Assembly: GCA_951406725.2 (NCBI GenBank) | Contig: OX597821.1 | Span: 73,408,001-73,472,000 of the forward strand | Source of the DNA: Octopus vulgaris | Taxonomy: Eukaryota | Direction of reading: 5' to 3' | Length of the DNA: 64,000 bases | The notes under the pieces: generated by a model | Databases searched by the model: none | What the model saw: the letters and a program-made list of their open reading frames with translations, nothing else | Told to the model about the DNA's origin: nothing | Shown here: one piece after another, positions 50,551-61,792 of the stretch | Position numbering within the stretch: the first letter of the stretch is position 1 | Layout: each line of letters begins with the position of its first letter | Translations under genes and position numbers: made by a program

Positions 50551-52905
50551 AGGACAAACACAGGACGGAAAGTATAAAGGGTTTTGTGAAAAAGAAAAGT
50601 CCGTGTAAACATATGATAACAGTGAAAAATATAACAATTAGAAAGAACTCCCAATAGGGGGAGGTGCTTTGAAAGGTTACTCGTGGAAAAAACCTATAAA
50701 AGCCATGGGAGCCTGGTCAAACGAGGAGAGAGCCCTTTCAACTTTTATATTCCACCTTTCACCCACCTTTCAATAAATTTTAATAATAATAATGGTTTCT
50801 AATTTTGGCACAAGGCCAGCAGCTGTGCAGTGAGGGGGTTGGTCAGTCCTATTGACCCTAGTTTTTATGAAGGCGGGTGAGGGAAAATGGTGGGGACATC
50901 AACCCTTTTGGGATTCACATTACTCTGTCAAATGTAATGCTGCTTTCTTCATATTGCTTAGAATAAATCCTGCATTATCTTGTAGCTTTGAGGCTGGCAT
51001 GGGCTGGATGGTTTGACTGAGGACTGGCAAGCCAGCAGGCTGTACCATGCTCCAATCTGATCTGGCAATGTTTCTACAACTGGATACCCTTCCTAACGCC
51101 AACCACTCTGAGAGAGTATTGGGTGCTTTTTACGTGCCAGTGGCACAAGAGCCAGTCAGGTGCCACTGGCATTGACCATGCTCGAATAGTGCTTTGTACA
51201 TGCCACCAACACAGGGAGCCAGTCAGATGGCACTGGAATTGACCATGCTTGAATGGTGCTTTTTATGTGCTACCAGCACAGGAGCCAGTCAGGCAGCACT
51301 GAATGGGGCCAATTTCAATGTTAAAAGGGCTAAATGGTTTGTGATAATTTGTAAAAAAAACCTTTTCATTTCAGTTTCAAATCCTGTCAACATCAATTTT
51401 GCTTTTTATCCTCCAGGGACTGATATATGAAGTACTGGATCAGTTTCACCAATATCTCTTTCTCTCTCTCCCTCTTCTAAACTTTGTGGATGTGTCTCAT
51501 TAGTATAAATCAATATTCATCACCACCACCATCATCATCATCATCATCTTCCTCCTCATTTGTCTGCTTTCCTTGCTGTCATGGGTTGGATGCTTTGACA
51601 AGTAAAAGCAAGCTGCAGGGCTGTGTTGAGCTCTGGTGTTGTTAATCTCATTTTAAAAATGGCTAAGATGGCATAGTTAGAATATTGGAAGAAATCAATT
51701 ACATTATTTAGTTTGTTCCTCATGGTTTTGAGTTAAAATCTTCACAGGGTTACCTGTGTGTGAGGGTGTTTGATAAATACCAGTAATCTCTTGGGGGAGG
51801 TTGATGAAATCAACTTGCCATGTTCAGCAGTTGGTCTCCTCTGTAAGTAACGAATCATTATTTCTGGTCTCAGGAGAAAACAAATATTAAAGAGAAAAAT
51901 ATATTAATAGAGTGAAAATTTTAATTACATGAATGTTATTATTAATTATACAAAAATATATTTATATTACTTTTAATTTATACATTTTAAAATTATTTTA
52001 ATTAATTTGAAATATTGTTTTTAATTATAACAGTCATTTCTTTTTTTTCCAAATTTAATTACTTAGAGATACTTTCTCTGCTGTTAGCTCGAGTTATCTG
52101 GTAGGGTTAACACTGGGGATATGCTAATTTGGGATAATTAACAAAATGAACCCTAATTTGTTAAAGTACACAGATGATGGAAAATGCTTCCAAGAAAGTA
52201 AAGGTAGGGGAGTGAGGTGGGTGGGGGTAGTGTCAGTTGTTCTTGGTCATTTTCCCTTTGTTGTTGTTGTAGTCAATATTGGTCAAGCCGGTCTATGCCC
52301 AAAAATAATACAGCCATGACCCATTTTTTTTGGCGGGGGGGTATTTATAGAATTTATTATATCGTGGATTTTCTTAACCCTGTCACACCAATATTCCCAC
52401 TATAGCGGGAAGAATTTAAACATTATCTCTGCTGGAATTTTGGTAAAGAAGTAATGAGCAACATGTAGAAATAGAAGCAGCAGCTGACTCTATCTGTCTT
52501 TCCGTTGGCCGATTCCGTCCGTTGGTTAGCTACCGATTCTGTCCGTTGGTCAGCTGCCGATTCTGTCCACTCATGAGCTGTGTTTGCAACTATTTATTTT
52601 GGGGCTCAGAAGCCCAGGTGGAGAATAAAGTTAGACATAGTGCTCCAGGTTTGAGAATGTTAAAATTGTAGGGTGTGTGTGTGTGTGTGATTTGAGTGGT
52701 ATTTGGCTGCTATTTCTAGCAATTTAAGAAGCCATCTAGAGGCTCCCTTATTGGTTTGTTTGTAACAGGAAATGAAATGGTTTCTAGCAGACATGATCAA
52801 AGAATTAAATTGTGGGACAAAGAAACAGTCTGAGAATTATCTGAGAAATACAAAGTTAGAAAGGAATTGGTTGTCAGTCTGGAATATGTCAGGAACACTA
52901 AAAGA

Positions 52906-53625
52906 CTGTTTTGCATATGTGAATTACAGGGTTTGTCATGCCCGGAGTCCAACTTTGATAGAAATAAGCATTCTTGACTGCTATTTCTATTTTTTCGGTA
53001 TGCGGTCAAGCAACCTGTTTGCCTGTCCCTTTTTCTTATATACAATATATATACTGAACTTTACAGAAGTTCCTGCCGGTAATCGGCTATATTTACATAC
53101 CGAATTCTACCAGTAAATAATTGGGGTTTTTTTAAAAGCCTTTATAGAAATTATTTACTCCTATTATTATATTACTATTTGGATTTTTCACTCCATTATG
53201 ACAACCTAATTGTTCCCCATCTTAGGGAACTATTTTTGTAATGCGCATGGCAAAATTTTGGAGGGAAGATTTACGAATTCAAACGTCTATGTAGGTTTAG
53301 CTTTTGCTCACTTTCTTCAAATATTTTGATGTCGCATGGTCAGAAGGTTTGAGGTACGTAGCATTTGATAAATCTATGATAAATCTTTTTCAATGGAAAG
53401 CTGTGCTGAAGAAGGATGTGAAATATATATGCAATGTATATGAAATATATATCAAAAATATATATGGAATATATATTCAATATGTTTATAATCCAGAAAC
53501 ATGATGTTCACAGATAACCGCCAGACCTCGTATTCGTTATCTATTCCTTCTGTTTTGCATATGTGAATTACAGGGTTTGTCATGCCCGGAGTCCAACTTT
53601 GATAGAAATAAGCATTCTTGACTGC

Positions 53626-53634
<9 letters not shown>
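52906..53634. repeat. Identical 85-bp direct repeats (52906-52990, 53550-53634) flanking about 560 bp, followed by (TA)n
   Basis: Direct comparison; each repeat ends in the hairpin atagaaata...tatttctat. Confidence 0.85.
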
Positions 53635-53698
<64 letters not shown>

Positions 53699-54959
53699 TA
53701 ATACTAAAACTCTAGGGATGTTTGTATGTATTCGAAATATTTCAGAAACGGTATATTTTATCTTAGTTTTTTTTGCATATTTATTTTCATTCTTGACTTC
53801 GGCAGTGCAGTACAAATTTTTGTGATATTTGGACCTCTATTATTGAGATGAAAAGGATTAAACACAATTTTTGTTTGTTATTTCTTGACAAAAAAATAAC
53901 ATGGCTTCTGTGACATCAACACACATACAAAATACACACAAATATAATGAATTCATAGCATGTCAATCAACACAAACACCCATCTACTATCTGTGACATA
54001 TACACACACACATAGTCTTTGCATCTCTAAGACAAAAAGAAAGTTGACTTTTTGTTGTACACAATATTTTTATTATTTAGAAATATTTAAAACTGAATGT
54101 GATTTCAAAAATGTAAGTTGTTTGTACAGTCGGTATTTATATTTTAGCTTTTTTTAAACAGACAATATTTTAATGTCTGGAGTTCATTAATTTCCATTAA
54201 AAAATTTTGTTTTAAAGTGAAAAAGAGGAGAAAATGAAAGATGTATGAACTTGTATATGAAATGGATGTGTGTGTGTGTGTGAAAGAAGGAAAGAGAAAG
54301 AGAGAGTGAGTGAAGGGGTGTGTTGTTGTATATGTACATACATTATATGTACATACATCAATACATATGCGTACATCTTTTTTGTGTGTACATGTGAGAG
54401 AGAGAGAAAGTGAGTGAATGAGTGTGTGTGTTTTCATGTGTAAGTGGCTCTCTCTCTCTCTCTCTCTCACACACACATCCTTTTCATATACAAATTTATA
54501 CATCTTTCACTTTCTTCTCTCTTTCACTTTAAAATAAAAGTAAATAAAATTTTTTTTACGGAAATTAAGGAACAAAACCAGCTGGTCCGGATGACAGTTC
54601 TGAGAGTTAAAGTGAAAGATTGCCCCAAGGGAATACCATTACAAAACTTTTTTCAACTGCATTCAGCATATCTCAGCTCCAAAGATTTGGCTGCTATTTC
54701 TAGCATGCCCTGCTACCACGTGACAGCTATTTGTGATAAAAGACCCAAAATACCTGTTACGTGGTAGCAGGGCGTGCAAGAAATAGCAGCCGAATCTTTC
54801 TTTTTCTGGGGAAAGGAACCATTTACGCATGATTTTGATGTCACATTCGTTGAAAGCATGTGAAATAACCTGGAAAAGAAAAAAAAAGCCCATGAAATAA
54901 AACTCCATTGCTGGGAAATTCAGACTTTTCAGGTGACCCAATAGGTCGGAGGTAGTCTA

Positions 54960-55222
54960 GTATATATACGTCATCAGGGACTTGTACTCTTTGAGCCTTG
55001 TTGCAAAACCTAATGGAATTGCTTTTCCATATGGCGTTCAACTTCATCATGGCAGCAGAGGCTAAATTGGGTCTTGTTGTTATCTGTTTGCGAGAGTTGC
55101 TATCCTTGGTCAAAGTGGACCCTAAGTACTTGAAGGTGTCCACTTCATCGAGTTTCTCTCCATTCAGCATGTTGCTGGTTGCTGTGCTCTGGTTGTTCTC
55201 CCTCATTGACCATGCATGGGAA
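54960..55222 (-). pseudogene. RTE-like LINE fragment
   Basis: LNGEKLDEVDTFKYLGSTLTKD...KLNAIWKS. Confidence 0.75.
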
Positions 55223-56804
55223 AGCTCCTGTGCTGGTGGCATGTAAAAAGCACCATCCAAATGTGGTCGATGCCAGGTCCGCCTGACTGGCTCCTGTGCT
55301 GGTGGCATGTAAAAAGCACCATCCAAATGTGGTCGATGCCAGGTCCGCCTGACTGGCTCCTGTGCTGGTGGCACATAAAAGCACCCATTACACTCTCGGA
55401 GTGATTGGTATTAGGAAGGGCATCCAGCTGTAGAAAACCATGCCAAATCAGACTTATCAGCTTATCAGCCCTGGTCATGTTGTCCAACATGGACAACAGA
55501 CGTTAAATGATGAGATATATATGAGAGAGAGAGACTGCTCATAAAAGTGACGGTGGGTACTGACTAGCACCACTATTGCTAGAAATAACAGTTAAAACAT
55601 TTTGAAAGCCACAAAAGCACTGTACTTAATGACTGACAAAGGGAGGTAAGTCCCCGGTGTATATAGCCGGATTGAATGATTTCGGATTTTGATGTACACC
55701 ATCTTAATCCTCATGAGCGACGCTTAACGCTAAAGGCAGTCATGAGCCACCAGGGGAATTGTATTCGACCAGGCATATCATCATCATCATCCTCATTTCC
55801 ATGCATGGGTCAGACAGAATTTGTTTTGGCAGATTTCCCACAGCTGGACGCTCTCCCTGTTGCCAACCCTCCCCTGTTTCCAAGCAAGGTAAGAGTATAT
55901 ATTTCATCTGCAAGGACATGTGTCGTTCTGACCATAACAAGGTTGCATGGGGCCAGTTCTAATTGTGAGCTTTTCCTTTAGTAGACCTGCATGCTTTGCT
56001 TAGAGGGAGCGGTGTGGGGTTGAGACCTAAGTTTGTCTCTGATTAATACCGTATATGACATTATGGTAGAGTCATGATGGCTATGGAAAACGTCTGCACT
56101 ATTATATTCTTTTGCATTTTATAATAGAATTATATGTCATGAAGTCTCAAACCCTTTTCATCATCATCATTGTTTAACGTCCGTTTTCCATGCTGGCATG
56201 GGTCGGACAATTTGACTGAGGTCTGGCGAACCAGATGGCCACACCAAGCTCCAATCTTGATCTGGCAGAGTTTCTACAGCTGGATGCCCTTCCTAAAACC
56301 AACCACTCCGAGAGTGTAGTGGGTGCTTCTACGTGTCACTGGCACAAGGGCCAGTCAGGCAGTACTGGCAACGGCCACGCTCAAATAGTGCTTTTTATGT
56401 GCCACCTGCACAGGAGCTAGTCCAGCAGCACTGGCAACAACCTCACTTGAATGTTTTTTCACGTGCCACCAGCACAAGTGCTAGTAAGGCGACGCAGGTA
56501 ATGATCATGCTCGTTACCTGTGTCACCTTTTGACATTTATGATGGTTCTGTTCTGCTATATTTCAGACCTGTTGGAATAGAGTATCTGATACCAGATGCT
56601 GTATATATAATGGAATAACAGATGTACTTGTACTAATAATTCATATTAGCTTAATATGATGAGTATACATGTGCTTCCTCCCCAATCCTTTCCTTCCATG
56701 ACCCTCTCAAGTCAAAACTCATATTACCACTAATGGTAACCATTAGCTCCAGGCTCACCATATTCTTGTGGGTGGATTTGGAAGAAGGAAACTGAAAGAA
56801 GCCT

Positions 56805-56853
<49 letters not shown>

Positions 56854-56982
56854 TAAAAAGAATTCCAACCTTGTCTGATTTTCACGTTTTATTTACAATC
56901 TTATAATGATATATTATAAGATAATATATTATAATTGAATAAAATAAAGTGAAATAGTAGAATGTTAAATATTCATTCTGAT

Positions 56983-57027
56983 TGAACTAGTACTTTCATG
57001 CATTGAATTCTGCAATCTTCGGGTTCA
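56983..57027 (-). ncRNA. Minimal hammerhead ribozyme in the PLE terminal repeat
   Basis: tgaac CCGAAGA t tgca gaattcaa tgca t GAAA gtac UA gttca; palindromic AGUACU stem III; U4C core variant. Confidence 0.75.
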
Positions 57028-57090
57028 TGTAGTAGTGTTGACAGTCATGCTTCACAATTTTTGACTGTAGCAAGATGAGTGATTCTGTGC

Positions 57091-57204
57091 TATAAATACA
57101 GCTGGGTAGGCTCCAGAGTGCTAGGTTTTGCAAACTGTATTCTGACCAATCAGTGTGTAGTATCACTCAATTACTTAAGCTGATTGGTTGGTTGAGCTGA
57201 TTGG
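57091..57204 (-). promoter_or_regulatory. Putative Pol II promoter in the PLE repeat: three CCAAT boxes and TATTTATA (TATAAATA on +); second copy at 61362-61475
   Basis: ATTGG at 57183 and 57200, CCAAT at 57146, TATA-like at 57091-57098, about 65 nt upstream of the hammerhead. Confidence 0.5.
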
Positions 57205-57521
57205 TTTAGGCATCACGCTTTGTTGGACAGGTCAAGAGTCCTGTATCTTGACCCTGGCCGAAGCAGCAATTGTTGGGTTATTTTTAGAAATGTTGTAAAT
57301 ATCCTTTGTCAGAGATTTTTATATTTTTATATTTCAATTGTCATCATCATCATTGTCAGCACCTTAATTATTGTTGCTAGTGGTGATGGTGGTGGCAATA
57401 GAACTTTTAACCCTAAATAAGATAATTTTCCTGCTATCTTCGTCTTGATCACCTTTAGTATTGTTGTTGTTGTTAGTGGTCATGGTCGTAGCAGTGGAAG
57501 TAATACCTCTAAGTATTATTA

Positions 57522-59849
57522 TTATTGCTTATTTAGCTTGGGTTCGAATTTATCAATAAAATTCTTTTCTCTGATTTTCCTCTCGATTTCACTTGGGCTG
57601 TGTAATTTGTAGAATGGAAATATTATATATATTTTCCGACCACATGTTGCTAGGTGGTTACTCAAAGGTATCTGACGGACCTCTGGGTCTCTAATCTGTT
57701 GCCGGTGTACACGTGAGCGTTCTAATAGTGCGTTTCCCGTCTGACCTACATATATTTCTTCACAATTTGGGCATTTGATGCAGTAAATTAAATTTCTGCT
57801 TTTGCAGTTCATATTCGCGTTTGTGAATATTTTCCCGGTTTTTGTGTTTATATATTGACCGGTATGTATGAATTGGCATGTGCCACATCGGCTATCATTG
57901 CATTTAGATACCGTGAATGTTTGGTCTTTGTTGCTGAGGTCAAATTTTGCCTTTGTTAGTAATGTTTTCAAGTTTTTAGGCTGTCTTTTACTAAGCACCA
58001 TAGCTCGATCCTTGATTATGTCTTTTAATTCATTACTTTGGGCAATGATTGGTAGGTTTGCTTTGGCAATGTTGAAGATATTCTGGTGACATGGGTTGTG
58101 TGTCACTATGAATGGTATGACTTGTTCTTGTTTTCCTCTTCCTTGGGTTGTCCTAAGTTGTTGTATAGGTATTTTTATAGCCCGCTGTATGCCATTTTCT
58201 ATAAGTAGAGATGGGTATTTTTGTTTGAGCAAAAATTCTCTTAGTTCTATTAGGCGTTTGTTCCTGATATTTGCATCTTCTACAATAGTACAAATTCTTC
58301 TGGCTAGGCAGTATGGGATGTTACGTTTTGTATGTGGTGGATGGCACGACTTAAAATTTAGGTATTGATGTGTGTCTGTGTGTTTATAGTATATATCTGT
58401 GGTGATGGTGGTGTCTTTTTTAATTACCATTATATCCAGGAATGGTAATTTGGTACTACTCATCTCCTTTGTAAATTTGAGAGATGGGTGTAGGTTGTTC
58501 AGGAGGATATTGAACTCTTCCAGAGTATTTAGAGATTCTGTCCAGATTATGAAACAGTCGTCTAGGTATCTCTTCCATGCCTTTTCAATATACTTTCTAA
58601 ATCCAGTGCCATAGTTTACCTCCACCTCTTGGTAGAGTTGTTCTTCTAAGTATCCCATTACAGAGTTGGCGTAAACGGGAGCAAACCTCGTTCCCATCGC
58701 CGTGCCTCTAATTTGGATGTAATTCTTTCCATTGAAGAAGAATGTGTTATTTTCTAGAATAAGTTTGACTGTGTCTAATATAAATGGCACTGTGAATCTG
58801 CTGGGAATCACTTCTCTATGTTTTTCTAACCAGTATTTAATCGCCTTTATTCCTAAATCGTGTGGAATATTGGTGTAGAGGCTTACCCCATCAAAACTTA
58901 GTAAAACTGAATTTGTTTCTGTTGTTTTGGGAAGATGGGACAGGAAGTCGATGTCATCCCTGATGAAACTTGGTATGTAAGTACATAGTGGTTTCAAAAC
59001 AATGTCAATAAAATTGCTTAGACGGTGTGTAGGGCATGCTGGACCAGCTATAATAGGTCTAAGTTTTAGGTCTTTTGGATGTAATAATTTTATGTACTCA
59101 CTTTCTTGTTCTTTTACTGCCTGTTGAATGTTTTTTGATTTGTGTATTTTTGGTAAGCCGTAGAAGTTGCTGGGTTTTGGTTCAAAATTGGTGATGTAGT
59201 CTTTTTCATTATCCGTAAGTGAGTTGTGGTGTGTTGAAATCAGGTTGTTGATCTTTTTCATGATGTGGTGGTCTATATTTGCGGGTATTTCACAATAGAA
59301 GGTTGTATCCTTCAGTTGGTCTTCAACCAAATCCTTATAGTATTCGGTATCCATAATAACAATTGCACCACCTTTATCTGCTTGTTTAATTATTATTGTT
59401 TGATCGTTTTGTATACGTTTACATGCAGACATCTCTGATTTGCTAATGTTTGGCCTAACATTGGTATTGCGTCTAAGGGGAAATTTAGACAGGATATCAA
59501 TGTATTGGTCAAGGTAGTTATTTCTTCCTTTTGGTGGGGTGAAATTTGATTTATTCCTTACTAGGGATTCATCAATCTCATTACTTTTGTTAGCGAAGAA
59601 TTCTACAAGTCGTAATTTTCGACAGAATTTTTGGATATCCTCCTTTAATTCTTGGTGGTTGGCTGTTGGTGTAGGTGTGAATTTCAGTCCTTTTGACAGA
59701 AGTTGGATTTCATCATTGTCAAGATCTCTTTTTGATAAATTAATTATTTTAGGATCTATACGTTCAGTTGTTTGGGGTATGTTTCCTCTTGGATTTTTTC
59801 TTTCTCCGGTGTTTGTTGTCCTGACGTAAAAAAATGGATTTTTTTCTGG
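57522..59849 (-). CDS. PLE reverse transcriptase, Zn-finger linker and GIY-YIG endonuclease; frame open 139 codons upstream of the first ATG (59432)
   Basis: IINLS...LLSKGLKFTPTP, ADKGG, YGLPKIHK, LRPII, SLYTNIP, GTAMGT, RYLDD, LPFLD, CNDSRCGTC, NLIYCIKCPNCEEIYVGQT, R...H, E...N. Confidence 0.95.
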   Translation of the reverse strand, partial: PEKNPFFYVRTTNTGERKNPRGNIPQTTERIDPKIINLSKRDLDNDEIQLLSKGLKFTPTPTANHQELKEDIQKFCRKLRLVEFFANKSNEIDESLVRNKSNFTPPKGRNNYLDQYIDILSKFPLRRNTNVRPNISKSEMSACKRIQNDQTIIIKQADKGGAIVIMDTEYYKDLVEDQLKDTTFYCEIPANIDHHIMKKINNLISTHHNSLTDNEKDYITNFEPKPSNFYGLPKIHKSKNIQQAVKEQESEYIKLLHPKDLKLRPIIAGPACPTHRLSNFIDIVLKPLCTYIPSFIRDDIDFLSHLPKTTETNSVLLSFDGVSLYTNIPHDLGIKAIKYWLEKHREVIPSRFTVPFILDTVKLILENNTFFFNGKNYIQIRGTAMGTRFAPVYANSVMGYLEEQLYQEVEVNYGTGFRKYIEKAWKRYLDDCFIIWTESLNTLEEFNILLNNLHPSLKFTKEMSSTKLPFLDIMVIKKDTTITTDIYYKHTDTHQYLNFKSCHPPHTKRNIPYCLARRICTIVEDANIRNKRLIELREFLLKQKYPSLLIENGIQRAIKIPIQQLRTTQGRGKQEQVIPFIVTHNPCHQNIFNIAKANLPIIAQSNELKDIIKDRAMVLSKRQPKNLKTLLTKAKFDLSNKDQTFTVSKCNDSRCGTCQFIHTGQYINTKTGKIFTNANMNCKSRNLIYCIKCPNCEEIYVGQTGNALLERSRVHRQQIRDPEVRQIPLSNHLATCGRKIYIIFPFYKLHSPSEIERKIREKNFIDKFEPKLNKQ

Positions 59850-61048
59850 TTATGATTTATATTCCTGTTGATGTTTGCTTGATGAATTTTGCGTTTTGGT
59901 TGTGGTACTTTACTTGGTTTCGTTATGTTTTCTGTCTTGTTTTTGGTATTATGTATGCTACTTTTCAATTTCTTGTTAGCATTGTTTTTAACCACCTGGA
60001 GAAATGATCTGGGTTTACTTCTAGATCTAGATCGGTTTTTTGTCCAGTTTCTTGTGGGTAATCTCTGTTGAGGTCTTGAAAATGATCTCCTGTTATTTCT
60101 ACTGCTAATGGTCTGTTCAAAACAATATCTATTTTGTTTGTGCTTTTTGTTCATGTTGTGTGCATTAGGGTGTTTGCATACAAAATGGGAAGAGTTCTTA
60201 CCGTAGTTCGTCTTCGATTCGTGGTGAAACGGGTGTTCATGTTGCCACGTGTTCTGGTGTATGTTGCGTTGGTGAGGTTGTCCACTTTTAATGCTATTTC
60301 TCGGAGTTCTGGTGTCTTTACCGTAATTTGTAGCATATTTGTCGAGAAATAATTGTTTCCGCTGCCAAAACTTTCTTGATCTGCTTTCTTCTTTTGAGAT
60401 ATCTCTGATCCATAGTTCTCGCATTTTTTCTGCTATATTGCCGGTCGTTAGTTTGGATATTTCATCTCTGATTTGATCATCGATAGCTTCGTATTTGGCT
60501 TTGTAGCGGGATTGTTTAGACAGGGTAATGGAGATGTCGGTCCTGAATTTTATCAAACTAAGGTCCCATCGAAGTTTAGTTTCTTCCTCTGGTTCTCCTG
60601 CAATTTCTTTAATTAGGTACTTCCGAGGAAGTATGGGTGCCGCTAAAGATATCCATTTCGAATGTATTTCAGCATATTTTTCGCATTTATATGCCTTCCA
60701 GAAGTTTTGTTTTCTTATGTTAAGGAGTTTTTTCCATGTCTTCTGTATCTCTTCTCTTTTTCGGTGTGCCTCTTTTTCCAGATTTCTTTCGTTTATTTCT
60801 GACATCCAAGGAGGTTGTGGTAGGCTTTCTCTTGTAGATTTTATAATTGTTGGTATCATTTCAGCTAAATTCTTAATTTCAGAGTTTATGTGTTCATTTC
60901 CAAGTTTTCCGTCTGTAGACTGTTTTTCTATTTCCTTTAAAATAGAGGATTGTGTGTCAATCATCGTGATGAGTGTTGATAATTTCGATGAAATTTCCAT
61001 TAGAATTCTTTCGGATTCTGTTAATTTTGTTTGTTGCTTTCCAGACAT
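59756..61048 (-). CDS. PLE upstream ORF1, 430 aa: helical/coiled-coil-like N-terminal half, basic N/K/RS-rich C-terminal half
   Basis: Uninterrupted ATG-started ORF (gccaacATG) inside the repeat unit, overlapping the RT frame by about 94 nt. Confidence 0.8.
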   Translation of the reverse strand: MSGKQQTKLTESERILMEISSKLSTLITMIDTQSSILKEIEKQSTDGKLGNEHINSEIKNLAEMIPTIIKSTRESLPQPPWMSEINERNLEKEAHRKREEIQKTWKKLLNIRKQNFWKAYKCEKYAEIHSKWISLAAPILPRKYLIKEIAGEPEEETKLRWDLSLIKFRTDISITLSKQSRYKAKYEAIDDQIRDEISKLTTGNIAEKMRELWIRDISKEESRSRKFWQRKQLFLDKYATNYGKDTRTPRNSIKSGQPHQRNIHQNTWQHEHPFHHESKTNYGKNSSHFVCKHPNAHNMNKKHKQNRYCFEQTISSRNNRRSFSRPQQRLPTRNWTKNRSRSRSKPRSFLQVVKNNANKKLKSSIHNTKNKTENITKPSKVPQPKRKIHQANINRNINHNQKKIHFFTSGQQTPEKEKIQEETYPKQLNV

Positions 61049-61253
61049 GTTGGCATATACACAATAGGAATATAGATATATATATATATGGGTGTGTGTG
61101 ATTGTGTATAGAAGAATATATTAATAAAAAGAATTCCAACCTTGTCTGATTTTCACGTTTTATTTACAATCTTATAATGATATATTATAAGATAATATAT
61201 TATAATTGAATAAAATAAAGTGAAATAGTAGAATGTTAAATATTCATTCTGAT

Positions 61254-61298
61254 TGAACTAGTACTTTCATGCATTGAATTCTGCAATCTTCGGGTTCA
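61254..61298 (-). ncRNA. Second copy of the PLE hammerhead, about 200 nt upstream of ORF1
   Basis: Identical to 56983-57027. Confidence 0.75.
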
Positions 61299-61792
61299 TG
61301 TAGTAGTGTTGACAGTCATGCTTCACAATTTTTGACTGTAGCAAGATGAGTGATTCTGTGCTATAAATACAGCTGGGTAGGCTCCAGAGTGCTAGGTTTT
61401 GCAAACTGTATTCTGACCAATCAGTGTGTAGTATCACTCAATTACTTAAGCTGATTGGTTGGTTGAGCTGATTGGTTTAGGCATCACGCTTTGTTGGACA
61501 GGTCAAGAGTCCTGTATCTTGACCCTGGCCGAAGCAGCAATTGTTGGGTTATTTTTAGAAATGTTGTAAATATCCTTTGTCAGAGATTTTTATATTTTTA
61601 TATTTCAATTGTCATCATCATCATTGTCAGCACCTTAATTATTGTTGCTAGTGGTGATGGTGGTGGCAATAGAACTTTTAACCCTAAATAAGATAATTTT
61701 CCTGCTATCTTCGTCTTGATCACCTTTAGTATTGTTGTTGTTGTTAGTGGTCATGGTCGTAGCAGTGGAAGTAATACCTCTAAGTATTATTA

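Noticed and set aside
52769-52833. Possible exon (NEMVSSRHDQRIKLWDKETV, WD-like)
   Set aside because: Stops in frame, phase does not fit the exon ending at 42182, no FOP similarity
60528-61067. 179-aa + strand ORF, and 12140-12559 on the - strand
   Set aside because: Antisense shadows of real retroelement ORFs
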